A stretch of DNA of 61,037 nt, filler included. It is 6 parts of 6 records of this genome, joined end to end, with 100 filler letters (N's around TTAATTAATTAA, not from the genome) between each part and the next. Parts side by side here need not be neighbours in the genome. Positions count along the whole stretch, not along the records: positions 26,302 to 40,549 come from SRR31156797_4044; positions 40,650 to 51,662 come from SRR31156797_4046; 4 more parts are not named here. One strand, 5' to 3'. Below are positions 39,230 to 49,773 of the stretch, in pieces. Both the position numbers and the translations under genes were made by a program. The first letter of the stretch is position 1. Every line of letters starts with the position of its first letter. The notes below the pieces were generated by a model, which saw only the letters and a list, made by a program, of their open reading frames with translations, was not told the DNA's origin and ran no database searches.

Positions 39230-40273
39230 TTATTTTGCAAATTTTCCAAATGTTGTTCCATTGAACTTATATGCACCGTTTTCATGTGTACCAAGCCAAA
39301 GGTCGCCATTATTGTCTTTGTAAATACTGAATAGTGAAATGTCTTTTGAATTGGCTTGAACATTGAAGTGAGTAATTTTCGTCCCATCGTATTTCCAAAC
39401 GCCATCAAGATAGGTTACAAACCATAAATTATTATTGTTATCTTTTTCTACTGATAGGTACTCGTCCAAATCGCTGTCTTTTTTCCCATCTAAACCACCT
39501 ATGCTTTTGTGTCTTGTGTAAAAATTATCGCTTTTTAATGTTGTGCTATCGTAAATACTGTATTGAAATTCTGTGTTGAACCAAAAGTCTCCATTTTCAT
39601 CTTCCGCAATGGAACGCACTCCGTTTGCACCTTCGTTGCGAAACTCTGTCACATCTTCTTCTGTAATCCATTCAAATGATTTTCCATCATAACGACACAC
39701 ACCTGATGGGTTTGTACCAAACCAAATGTTTCCTTTCCTGTCTTTATAAATGCTGTAGATTTCAAAAGGATTGGGAAGATTAGGTGGTTTGGGTAATTGC
39801 AATTCGTATAAGGTACTTCCGGTATAACGATATACTTTCTCATTTCCATAAGCGTGTTTAAACCACATATCTGTGGTTTTAAGCTGCCAATCATTACTGG
39901 ATATTGGCGATATTGTAATAAAAGTATTTCCGTCTAATTTAACAATCGTAGAAGTTGGGTGACAACTGGTAAAGTATATATTGCCAGACTCATCTTCTTT
40001 TATTTCATCAATCCTATTGTTTGGTAAACCGTGTTTTGTTGTGTAATTGGTCAATTCTTTTCCATCGTATTTATAAACTCCTGTCTCCCAACTACCGAAC
40101 CATAAGACATTGTTTTTGTCTTGATGGATAACCATAATACTATTTCCAAGTTCTAAAACAATGTCGCCTCTTACATTTTCTGTAAGCTCCCCTTTTTTAG
40201 TCGTCTGTCCATTACAAGATGTCAATAAAAACATTGTAGTGAAAATTGCTAATATGTTCAATTTTATTATCAT
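39230..40273 (-). CDS. Lipoprotein with two-component-regulator propeller (Reg_prop) repeats
   Basis: Lipobox LTSC; repeats DKNNVLWFGS, DRKGNIWFGT, DENGDFWF, DNNGDLWLGT; ATG 40273 overlaps the upstream TGA. Confidence 0.85.
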   Translation of the reverse strand: MIIKLNILAIFTTMFLLTSCNGQTTKKGELTENVRGDIVLELGNSIMVIHQDKNNVLWFGSWETGVYKYDGKELTNYTTKHGLPNNRIDEIKEDESGNIYFTSCHPTSTIVKLDGNTFITISPISSNDWQLKTTDMWFKHAYGNEKVYRYTGSTLYELQLPKPPNLPNPFEIYSIYKDRKGNIWFGTNPSGVCRYDGKSFEWITEEDVTEFRNEGANGVRSIAEDENGDFWFNTEFQYSIYDSTTLKSDNFYTRHKSIGGLDGKKDSDLDEYLSVEKDNNNNLWFVTYLDGVWKYDGTKITHFNVQANSKDISLFSIYKDNNGDLWLGTHENGAYKFNGTTFGKFAK

Positions 40274-40419
40274 CAATTTAAATTTTGTACTTCTGCCTTT
40301 GTAACAATGTCAGCTTCAGTATAAACTTTAGGTTCTCTCATTGCAATACTTTTACTTTTCTGTCCATCGCAGTAAGAAAATAGAAGTAGAATTAATAATG
40401 TTAACAAAGGAAATTTCAT
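40273..40419 (-). pseudogene. 48-aa remnant of a paralogous propeller lipoprotein
   Basis: MKFPLLTLLILLLFSYCDGQ... has a lipoprotein signal like the neighbour (LTSCNGQ) but ends after ADIVTKAEVQNLN. Confidence 0.5.
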
Positions 40420-40438
40420 TTTAAGTTCTTTTGGTTGT

Positions 40439-40549
40439 AGCCAACGGATGGGTATATGAAACGTTTGGCATTTCAAAGCGATTTCCTTTCAAACCGTAAC
40501 AACGTTTAATAATTGTACTGCCCTTAAAATTAGCACTTTCCGCCAAATG
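40439..40549 (-). repeat. Second attC-like element, truncated by the contig end
   Basis: agccAACggatgggtatatgaaacgtttggc ... gccaaatg|contig break; minus-strand GTTGGCT lies about 20 nt before the ATG at 40419. Confidence 0.55.
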
Positions 40550-40649
40550 NNNNNNNNNNNNNNNNNNNNNNNNNNNNNNNNNNNNNNNNNNNNTTAATTA
40601 ATTAANNNNNNNNNNNNNNNNNNNNNNNNNNNNNNNNNNNNNNNNNNNN
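40550..40649. other. Artificial contig spacer
   Basis: N-run with TTAATTAATTAA. Confidence 0.99.
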
Positions 40650-40976
40650 CTCGGTGTTGATATGTCAGATCAGCCCATGACTGTTATTAAAAACAATAAT
40701 AGCAAGGAAGTGTAAAGTCAAAGAAGTTTAATTCAGCCATGGATATAAAATATCTGGAGGTCGCCGGATTGGCGATAGTATGGATCCCGGTCTGATTCTT
40801 AGGTGCTTTAAAAAAAATTACATGCGCTCACCCTGCGCAGAATCTTGTAAAATTAATGGAATCAAGCTATGGTATTTTAGCCCCAAGTGCAATGTCAGAT
40901 GAAATTGATCCAAAAGGAGATACAGAACACCTCCTGTTTGAAACTTTCATATAAAAATGCCAACGCGTTATAACCT

Positions 40977-43900
40977 TTGACAAGGATCCCATCAATGATG
41001 AATTTGAACCCCTTTTCATCCTGGAATTCAGTTGCGTTTCAATTGTTGAGGATTGTTTTTGGCTTATACTTGATTGTAGCCCTTGCATTGACAGCAATTC
41101 AGATCAGCGTTGACTATCAATTTGAGAAACAAGCCGTTATTGATGAATTAAATAAGTTGCCCAATATTTTTGGACCAGGGATAGAAAATGCACTCTGGAG
41201 CTATGACAAGAAGGCAATGGAATCCATTCTGATGGGGTTAAATGAAATGTCCGTTGTTTCCGGTGTCAAGGTTATTGATGTGGATAATATTAAGTTCTAC
41301 GCAGTCGGCTACACAGAAACGTCAAAGGATGAAAATTCCAATCAAAGTTACTTTGAGACATATTTTAATCGTGAATTCACGATTACGCATGAAAGAGGGA
41401 CAGGGGGGGATATAGAAATACTCGGAAAAACCATCATTTTTTCAAATAATAGAATCGTATTCGATCGTGTCAAGTATGGTTTGCTTCTGATTATCGTGAA
41501 TTCTGTAGTTAAGAGTTTTGCCCTATGGCTGATCTTTTTTTATTTTTTGAAAAAATTATTGGTCAGGCCTCTTGAGGCATTGATTTCAGGTGTTGAAAAA
41601 ACAAATTTAGATAAACTGGAACATGTTAATATTCAATTTCAAAGCACAAAAAGCAATGAATTTAAGGTGTTGCAGAATGTTTATAACCAGATGATCGATA
41701 AATTAATAAGCGCATCCCAAAGACTAAAAGCGAGTGAAAGCAATTATCGTCGTTTCGTAGCCGCCAGTGTTGAAGGAATATTTTGTTATAAATGTGATCC
41801 GCCCATGCCTGTAAATATTGGTATTGAGGATCAGGTTAACTGGGTCATAGAACATTCGGTTATTGAAATTTGCAACGATGTATATGCGCAGATGCAAGGA
41901 TTTCAAAAGGCTGAAGATTTAACCGGTCTTGGTTTTTTGGAAATAAAAGGGGGAGATATACAGCTGGCTGAACGTATCGCCCGGCAAGCAGTTGAAGCAA
42001 GTCCTGTTCTTAAAAATATTGAGACGTATAAAAGAACAAAATCAGGAAAAGACATGTGGTTTCTGAGTAATGCCGTCACCTTTTTTGAAGATGGGAAATG
42101 GGTGAGGTTGTGGGGTTCTCAATTGGATATTACGGATCATAAAAAGGCACAGTTGTCATTGCAGGAGAACCGGGACCTTTTAAACCTGGCCCAGGAAGTG
42201 GGGCATATAGGCAGTTGGAACTGGGACCTTGGCACCAATGTGTTGGAATGGTCGGATGAAACCTATCGTATATTTTCAAAGGATCCTGCTGAATATTCAC
42301 CGACAATGGAAGGCTATTTTAAAACTATTCACCCCGAGGATAGAGAAAACGTACAAAAATTAATCGCCGAGACCAAAGACAATAAAGAACATTATTCCAC
42401 TGAATACCGGATCGTTTTACTCGATGGAACCCATAGATTTATAACGGAAAAAGGACAAATCAGAAAGGATTCCAATCAAGATTCATGGAAACTTGTGGCA
42501 ACGGTTCAAAATGTTACCGAATTAAAATTGGCAGAAGAGGAACTTTTAAATTACCAGGATCATTTGGAAGAGATGGTTGAGCAGAGAACAATTGCCTATA
42601 AAAAAGCAAGAGTGGCAGCGGATTCAGCCAATCAAGCCAAATCCGCTTTTTTGGCCAACATGAGCCACGAGATTCGCACCCCCATGAACTCCATAATCGG
42701 ATTTATTGAACTTGCACTCGAGATCGAGCCGTCTACCGAAAGTATAAAAAATTATTTAAGTACAGCCCGTACCTCTGCTAAAAATTTGCTGGGTCTGATT
42801 AATAACATCCTGGATGTCAGCAAACTGGACGCAGGGAAATTAGATACTGAAAACAGAACATTCAATATCAGGCAGGTGATAACAGATGCCGTCAATAGTC
42901 TCAGTATCGCAGCCAGGGGAAAAAACATAGACCTTTCCTGTCGCCTGTCAAAGAAGGTGAGTACATATATAAATGGAGACGACAATCGATTAAGGCAGGT
43001 GATTATAAATTTGGTGGGTAATGCTGTTAAATTTACACATCAGGGAGAAGTGGTGTTTGAATTAAACGATCCTGTGGACGGGTTCTTAACATTTGACATC
43101 CGAGATACCGGCATTGGGATGAGTGATGAGCAGATTGCAAACGTGTTTTTACCCTTCACACAAGCAGACACTTCGACGTCCCGTAAATATGGCGGAACCG
43201 GATTGGGAACAATGATTTGTAAGCAATTGGTCGAATTAATGGGTGGCGAAATCAGTGTAACCAGTCAATTGGGGGTTGGGACCCAGTTTAGTTTTACCCT
43301 TCCCTATCAAGTGGCCGAACGTAAAGTCAATGATGCTGAAATGGAAGCGCTTGGTGAAGAAAACCAAACCGGTTTTCGAAAATTTAATATTCTGTTGGCT
43401 GAAGACATAAAAGAAAGCGCCACATTGGCAACCATTCGGCTGGAACAAAAATTTCACAGGATAACAGTGGTGGAGGATGGTTTAAAGGCCGTAGAAGCAT
43501 TTAAGGCCCAGGATTATGATGTGATTTTAATGGATGTAAACATGCCTGGAACTGACGGGTTGGAAGCCACCAGACAGATCCGTGAACTGGAAAAGGATAC
43601 GGGGCAAAGAATTCCTATAATCGCTTTAACAGCCAGTGTAATGGAAGAAGAAAAACAAAAATGCCTGAATGCGGGTATGGATGAGATCGTCGGCAAACCG
43701 GTTAATTTTTTAAAATTGTTTAGGGTTATGGAAAAAAACATCCCCCCGGGTGTTGGCCAACACATCTTGCTGACCGAATCGGACAGACAATCGAAATCGG
43801 AGACCATATCCGGACCTTATCCGGGAATTGATTTGGAAAAAGGCCTATTGCTCTGGCAGGATAAGACGATTTACAATAAGTCGTTAATCAGCTTTGCCAA

Positions 43901-44411
43901 GAACTATAAAATGGTTGCCAAACACATTAAGCAATTCATTTTTGAAAATAAAATCAATCAGGCCAAGGAACGGGTGCACGCTTTAAAAGGCGTGTCGGGA
44001 AATTTGGCCATTACTGAGGTTGCAAAACACGCAACCCAAATTGATCAGGCCCTAAAAACGGGTGATTTAAAACAGCTCTCTGATTGGATAGGTCTGCTTG
44101 ACAAAGCATTGGAAACCGCCCTGGAATCCATCGCACAATTAGAGAGAATAGAACCGTCAAGCGATACGCCACCCTTGGCACTTGATTTTCCATCTCTTTA
44201 CGGATTAATCAATACGCTGACAACCGATTTTTCACGTGGTGAATATGAGGAAGCGGGTATGGCGAAACTTGTTGACGCTTTGGCCGGCCATGCTGAAAAC
44301 AATATATTGGAGCGTTTAGGAAATGCCATTGAAAACTATGACTTTAATCAAGCAGGTTTGCTGTTGAAAAAAATAGAAGAATGGCTGAAACACATTGAAA
44401 ACAATCGTTAA
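40977..44411 (+). CDS. Membrane hybrid sensor kinase (TM-HAMP-PAS-PAS-HisKA-HATPase-REC-Hpt)
   Basis: FLANMSHEIRTPMN, NLVGNAVKFT, DTGIGM, GGTGLG, ILLAED, ILMDVNMP, HALKGVSGNL. Start may be ATG 40995. Confidence 0.93.
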   Translation: MTRIPSMMNLNPFSSWNSVAFQLLRIVFGLYLIVALALTAIQISVDYQFEKQAVIDELNKLPNIFGPGIENALWSYDKKAMESILMGLNEMSVVSGVKVIDVDNIKFYAVGYTETSKDENSNQSYFETYFNREFTITHERGTGGDIEILGKTIIFSNNRIVFDRVKYGLLLIIVNSVVKSFALWLIFFYFLKKLLVRPLEALISGVEKTNLDKLEHVNIQFQSTKSNEFKVLQNVYNQMIDKLISASQRLKASESNYRRFVAASVEGIFCYKCDPPMPVNIGIEDQVNWVIEHSVIEICNDVYAQMQGFQKAEDLTGLGFLEIKGGDIQLAERIARQAVEASPVLKNIETYKRTKSGKDMWFLSNAVTFFEDGKWVRLWGSQLDITDHKKAQLSLQENRDLLNLAQEVGHIGSWNWDLGTNVLEWSDETYRIFSKDPAEYSPTMEGYFKTIHPEDRENVQKLIAETKDNKEHYSTEYRIVLLDGTHRFITEKGQIRKDSNQDSWKLVATVQNVTELKLAEEELLNYQDHLEEMVEQRTIAYKKARVAADSANQAKSAFLANMSHEIRTPMNSIIGFIELALEIEPSTESIKNYLSTARTSAKNLLGLINNILDVSKLDAGKLDTENRTFNIRQVITDAVNSLSIAARGKNIDLSCRLSKKVSTYINGDDNRLRQVIINLVGNAVKFTHQGEVVFELNDPVDGFLTFDIRDTGIGMSDEQIANVFLPFTQADTSTSRKYGGTGLGTMICKQLVELMGGEISVTSQLGVGTQFSFTLPYQVAERKVNDAEMEALGEENQTGFRKFNILLAEDIKESATLATIRLEQKFHRITVVEDGLKAVEAFKAQDYDVILMDVNMPGTDGLEATRQIRELEKDTGQRIPIIALTASVMEEEKQKCLNAGMDEIVGKPVNFLKLFRVMEKNIPPGVGQHILLTESDRQSKSETISGPYPGIDLEKGLLLWQDKTIYNKSLISFAKNYKMVAKHIKQFIFENKINQAKERVHALKGVSGNLAITEVAKHATQIDQALKTGDLKQLSDWIGLLDKALETALESIAQLERIEPSSDTPPLALDFPSLYGLINTLTTDFSRGEYEEAGMAKLVDALAGHAENNILERLGNAIENYDFNQAGLLLKKIEEWLKHIENNR

Positions 44412-44516
44412 TTTTCTGGAAATAGCTCTTGTATTATGTCAGGTATGTCGATATGTACTCAATATTTCCAGATCAAAAAAAATTGCATTGATTCCGGCTT
44501 TTCTGTATTAGAAAAT

Positions 44517-45572
44517 TCATATTTTAAAGACGTTTTTGAGCGTGTTTTCTTGTTCTTTTTTCCCCCAGACCTCTTTTATTTCCAGGAGCTTGTCTTTAAT
44601 TGACAAAAAGACAGCTGCCAATTTTGGATCAAAATGACTGCCTGCATTCTCTTTGATGGTTGCAAACGCCTTCTCCACAGGCCACGCCTCTTTGTATGGA
44701 CGTGCCATGGTCAGTGCATCGAAAACATCAGCCAGTGCAATAATACGCGCAGATTGAGGGATCGCTTCCCCCGTCAGTTTTTTGGGATATCCGCTTCCAT
44801 CCCATTGTTCATGATGATACAGGGCGATTTCAGCAGCCAGTTCAAAAAGCGACGTGTTGCTGTTTGACAGGATGGAGTGGCCGATTTCAGTATGGGTTTT
44901 CATAATCACCCATTCATCGGCTTCCAGCTTTCGGGGGGCCTTCAGGATGGCGTCCGGGATACCGATTTTTCCGGTGTCGTGCATGGGGGCTGCCTGCTCC
45001 AGCATGCGTGCCTTTTCCACCGGCCAATTGATGGCCTCTGCCAGCGTCCGGGCATAGGCTGCCATTCTCCATATATGAGCCCCAGTGTCCGTATCATTAT
45101 AGTGACCCGCCTCACCCAACATGAATATACCGGCCTCTTGGGTTGCCGTAAGTTCTTTTGTTTTTTCCTTTACGGTTTTTTCACAGGCTTTTTGCTGATT
45201 GGCAAGTGATATGTGTGTCGCCACCCGTGCCCTAACAATAGGGGCTGAAATTGGTTTTGTAATATAATCCACGGCCCCAACTTCAAAGCCGATGGTCTCA
45301 TCTTCCTCCTCGTTTTTTGCGGTGATGAAGATCACCGGTATTGACGCTGTGTCAAGGCTTGACTTCAGGTGACGGCAGACCTCATAACCATCCATCTCCG
45401 GCATCATGATATCCAGTAAAATCAACTCGGGGACCGGATTTATCAACACTCTTTCCAAGGCCTGTTTCCCATTTGTTGCGATTCTTACCGTATAGGTCGT
45501 TTTAAGAAGCTGGTTTAGTAACCTGATATTGTTCGGCTCATCATCAACGACTAAAATTGTTGGTTTATCCAT
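44517..45572 (-). CDS. Response regulator with HD-GYP phosphodiesterase domain (RpfG-like)
   Basis: ILVVDDE, LLDIMMP, HDTGKIGIPD, HHEQWDGSGYP, DVFDAL...RPYK; ATG 45572 with AAAGGTGA RBS. Confidence 0.93.
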   Translation of the reverse strand: MDKPTILVVDDEPNNIRLLNQLLKTTYTVRIATNGKQALERVLINPVPELILLDIMMPEMDGYEVCRHLKSSLDTASIPVIFITAKNEEEDETIGFEVGAVDYITKPISAPIVRARVATHISLANQQKACEKTVKEKTKELTATQEAGIFMLGEAGHYNDTDTGAHIWRMAAYARTLAEAINWPVEKARMLEQAAPMHDTGKIGIPDAILKAPRKLEADEWVIMKTHTEIGHSILSNSNTSLFELAAEIALYHHEQWDGSGYPKKLTGEAIPQSARIIALADVFDALTMARPYKEAWPVEKAFATIKENAGSHFDPKLAAVFLSIKDKLLEIKEVWGKKEQENTLKNVFKI

Positions 45573-45631
45573 ATCATCACCTTTCGCTGGTGTCATAAAA
45601 TGTTTTGATTTGAGCGATGAGGGCGTTTGAT

Positions 45632-48433
45632 TTATTCCACTGATTTATTTTTTTTCTTTTTAACACATTTACCGATTCGCCTCAATTCTCTGATTGCCTT
45701 TTCAAAATCAAAATTTTCAAGGGCATGGCTCACCTCGCGTATCATTCCATCCTCAATATGCCCCCGTAGTAAAGAGACGGTATCTGAGATAAGCGTGTCA
45801 TCCACTTCAGCCCGATTAACAGATGCCAAAAGCCGATCAATTTGGCTGAGAATCGCAGCTTCATCAAACTCTCTTTTGGGTTGTTCAGGCATCTTATCCT
45901 GCCAGGTTTGAAGGCCATTTTTGACATCAATTCCGGCCGGTTCTTCCAGTTGGGTGAACTTGTCGTTGCATGGCAGAGTCGGTACATCAACAGGATCTTC
46001 TGCAATGAGAATGTTTAATCGCCTGGTTGAATAGGGTGTGACGATTTCACCAGATTCCCTGTGCTCCTCACACTCTGGGTGACAATTTGTTGTGCAATCG
46101 GGTGTCTGCTTGGGTATTGTAAAATAGAATGTCGTACCCTTGCCAATGTCACTTTCCACCCAGATTTCCCCCCCCATTAAGATTAACAACTTGCGGCTGA
46201 TCGTGGTGCCCAACCCGGTACCCCCATACCTGCGGGCACTTGATTCATCCCCCTGGGTGAATGGTTGAAACAGGTTGTCAATCTGTGAGGGGGTCATGCC
46301 AATCCCGGTATCGGCAACACAGAACTGTATAAACCCATTATCATTATCCATAACCTCAATCTTTACACTTCCCTTTTTTGTAAATTTGACGGCATTTCCC
46401 ACCAGGCTCATTAACACCTGGCGCAATCTGTTTGAATCCCCAATCAAACAATGATACAGATCCGGCGGAATATGCAGCGAAAGATCTAATTTTTTTTTCT
46501 TGAATAGTCAATTGCAGGGTTTGCAACACATCATGCAGCAGTCGCGGCAGATAAAATTTATGTTTTTCGACCGCCAGTTGTCCGGTTTCCATCTTGCTGA
46601 TATCCAGAATATCATGGATCAGGGTTAGAAGGGATTTGGACGAATTCCTGGCGATGTTTAAATAGTTGCGTATCTCTTCAGAGATTTCATTGCTCTCCAA
46701 TGCCAGTTCGATGTATCCGACAATCGCATTCATCGGGGTGTGGATCTCATGGCTCATATTGGCCAGAAAGGCGGATTTTGCCCGGGTACTGGATTCAGCC
46801 CTTTCTTTGGCAACCCTAAGTTGTTCTTCAAGGCGCTTTCGTTCCGTGATATCATCTTTTATGGCAACAAAATTTGTAATTTTCCCATCGGAGTTTTTGA
46901 TGGGTGAGATCGTGGCTTGCTCCCAGTACTCTTCCCCATTTTTTTTGCGATTAATGATTTCACCCTGCCAGGTTACACCATTTGTAATGGTCTGCCACAT
47001 CTGGGTAAAATACTCCTTTGGGTGGCGTCCGGAGTTGACAAAGCGAATGTTCCTCCCGATGGCCTCTTCGGGCGAGAATCCGGTGACCCGTGTAAAATCC
47101 GGATTGACAAATTCAATGGTCCCGTCCAAATCGGTGATGACGATGGAATTTGCACTCTGGTCAATGGCCTTTGACAGTTTTCGAAGTTCCTGCTGGGTAT
47201 GTTCGATTTCCTCTATTTTATTGCTGAGTGCGTTGTTCACCTTTTCAAGCTCAAGGGTGCGTTGTTTAACCCGGTTGTCAAGTTTTACATTAATCAGTTT
47301 GACATGATCTTCGGCCTGTTTCCTCTCTGCAATTTCCAGGGAGAGTCGTTCATTGCTTTTATTCAGTTTATCAACCATCCGTTCCATTATCCTGCCCAGG
47401 GTATTAAACTCCGATATTTTGCCGATTTGATGCCGGGCGTCAGCATTGCCGGCCAGGACCTTGTCTGAATACGCCAAAAGATTTGTCAGGGGCCGGGCGA
47501 TAATACGCCGGATGCTTAATGTGGTGAGCACAACTATAAAAATAACAAACAGCCACAGATAAATCCCTGATCGCCAGAAGGTCTGGCGCAATTCAAAAAC
47601 GGACAACGCGCTTGTCAACAATCCGACTTCCAGTTCATCCTCTTCTAATGGCCGAAAGGAAAACACCAGTTTTTTTCCGAGCAGTTTTTTTCCTGAATCA
47701 ATATCGACAACCCCGTCATTGGAAGGCCGTTGTTTCCTGATCTCTAAAAAAGCCTTAACGATGGGTGAGGATATTGGTTCTGTGGCGCAGATGAGCCTGC
47801 CGTCTTTAAACACAATGACGGCATTTGAATCTGTCTGGGTGCGAATGGCTTCCAAAATCGGAATGTTGTCATTTAAGACCTGCCCCCCGATAATATAACC
47901 GGTTGTTTTATCACTTTGAACATCAATGAAAGGAACGGCGTGCAAAAGGATGGTCAAATCGACATGGTTGTATTTTACTCTTTTTATCCTGCCTCCAGTC
48001 AGGTTCGAAGCATCCAAAGCGATTTTTGGCAGCAGGGTTTCCAGTTCAAAGCGTTTTGAACTCACATCAGCACATATGGTGCCGTCAAGTCGGGTGATTA
48101 CCAACAGGTCAAGACCAAAAGATCTGTCTTCACCTATATGTGATTCAAGGGGGGCTCGTTTTTATGTTTTGGTTTGTGGCAGGTCTCTGGGTCAAACTTT
48201 AGATGACCTCCTATCAACTCCGTTGATTTTCCGATTTGCAGCAGATACCCCTCCAGAATTTTGTCTGCCAGCGAATAACGATAGTCCAGGGAATTATTCA
48301 GTTCTTTTTCAATGGATGCGCTGGCAGTAGAATATGCCCAATATAGAATGCCGGAAGATAAGCTGAGATATACAGTCAGGATAAACAGACTCAAAATTGA
48401 AGATAATCTTTGGGGGTGTGACAATCGTTTCAT
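45632..48433 (-). pseudogene. Frameshifted, internally deleted hybrid sensor kinase (three ORF pieces)
   Basis: Pieces 48433-48134, 48104-46356 and 46447-45632 join into TM-sensor-HAMP-PAS-HisKA-HATPase; frameshifts at the A5/C6 tract near 48150-48163 and the A9 tract at 46490-46498; REC and Hpt mostly missing. Confidence 0.8.
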
Positions 48434-48726
48434 ATGGTTTTAAGGGCTTAGTGTTAAGGTTATGATGGCTTTGAAAAATGCTTTTTGCCAACAGTTCGCA
48501 AAACAGGAGAGAATATCAATGGCCCAATACGACACTTGAATATCCAACGCGTCATATTCTGATTCACCAATTTTTTAATGAGACACTCGGGTAATGGATT
48601 AACCGGAATTGTAGTCTGGGAAGACACTTTTTGTCAAGCAGGTGTTTACAGTGATGTTCGGTTGGTTCACAGGATTTCTTGATGAGATCTATAATGCAAT
48701 ATTAAGTTTTGTCTGACTAATAAATA

Positions 48727-48755
48727 TTGACATTGAAAATAAACTCAGGTAGGAA
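48727..48755 (+). promoter_or_regulatory. Possible sigma70 promoter of the AAA-VWA operon
   Basis: TTGACA at 48727, 17 nt, TAGGAA (weak -10); RBS AAGGTGG before ATG 48790. Confidence 0.35.
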
Positions 48756-48789
48756 GAGGCTTTGTTTAAATTATATCTAAGGTGGAAAT

Positions 48790-49773
48790 ATGAAATCATC
48801 CAAAATAAAAGCTGCCCTGACTTGTCTTTTATCCATTCCACAGCCTGTGTTCTTATGGGGGCCGCCAGGCATCGGTAAAAGCCAGATTGTTCGCCAGACA
48901 GCAGCATCTCTTAATCTGGAACTCGTTGACATTAGAGCGGTCCTGCTGGATCCGGTTGATCTTAGAGGGCTTCCCAAAATCAGCCAGGACGGCCTGTCCC
49001 ACTGGTGTGCCCCGGCATTTTTGCCCACTGAAGGTTCCGGTGTTCTCTTTCTTGACGAACTCAATGCGGCTCCGCCCCTGGTTCAGGCAGCATGCTATCA
49101 ATTGGTGCTGGATCGAAAACTTGGTGAGTACCGGTTGCCTGACAATTGGTCCGTTGTGGCCGCAGGCAACCGGGAGCAGGACCGGGCGGTATCGCACAGG
49201 ATGCCGTCAGCATTGGCCAACCGTTTTGTTCATATTGATTTTGAAGTGGACACTGACCAGTGGCTCGAATGGGCTAAAGAATATGGTATATCCCGGCAGG
49301 TGCGGGCTTTTATACGGTTCAGACCCTCATTGTTACATGATTTTGACCCTAAAAGAGAAACCCGGGCCTTTGCCTCTCCACGATCCTGGGAATTTGTATC
49401 ACGGCTTTTAGAATCAAATCCAGACCCTGCAATGATTTACGAACTTGTTACAGGGGCTGTGGGAAAAGCAGCGGCGGCTGAATTTTCAGGATTTCTTGAC
49501 TTATGGAACCAGCTGCCCTCTCCTTCGGATATCATTTCTGATCCCGACGGCATACCTGTCCCGGAGAACCCTGCTGTGCTTTTTGCCCTAAGTGAGATGA
49601 TGGGCGCTGCCATGACTCTTGATAATATCTGTCTTGTCATGTCCTGGGTGCGTCGCCTGCCCCCTGAATTTTCAGTGCTTTTAATGCGTGAAGCTGTGCT
49701 TAAGACCCCTAAAATCGTTGAAACGTCAGCTTTTGCTGACTGGGCATCCATGAACGCGCAAATTTTGGTGTGA
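48790..49773 (+). CDS. MoxR-like AAA+ ATPase
   Basis: WGPPGIGKS, DPVDLRGLP, LFLDELNAA, VAAGNR, ALANRF, SPRSWE. Confidence 0.9.
   Translation: MKSSKIKAALTCLLSIPQPVFLWGPPGIGKSQIVRQTAASLNLELVDIRAVLLDPVDLRGLPKISQDGLSHWCAPAFLPTEGSGVLFLDELNAAPPLVQAACYQLVLDRKLGEYRLPDNWSVVAAGNREQDRAVSHRMPSALANRFVHIDFEVDTDQWLEWAKEYGISRQVRAFIRFRPSLLHDFDPKRETRAFASPRSWEFVSRLLESNPDPAMIYELVTGAVGKAAAAEFSGFLDLWNQLPSPSDIISDPDGIPVPENPAVLFALSEMMGAAMTLDNICLVMSWVRRLPPEFSVLLMREAVLKTPKIVETSAFADWASMNAQILV

Noticed and set aside
40650-40976. Possible gene start on the minus strand at the beginning of contig 5
   Set aside because: All minus frames hit stops within short distances and no recognisable protein emerges.
48731-48750. Fur box upstream of the AAA ATPase
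   Set aside because: TGA-N8-TCA spacing does not fit the 7-1-7 (TGA-N9-TCA) pattern and the right half is weak.
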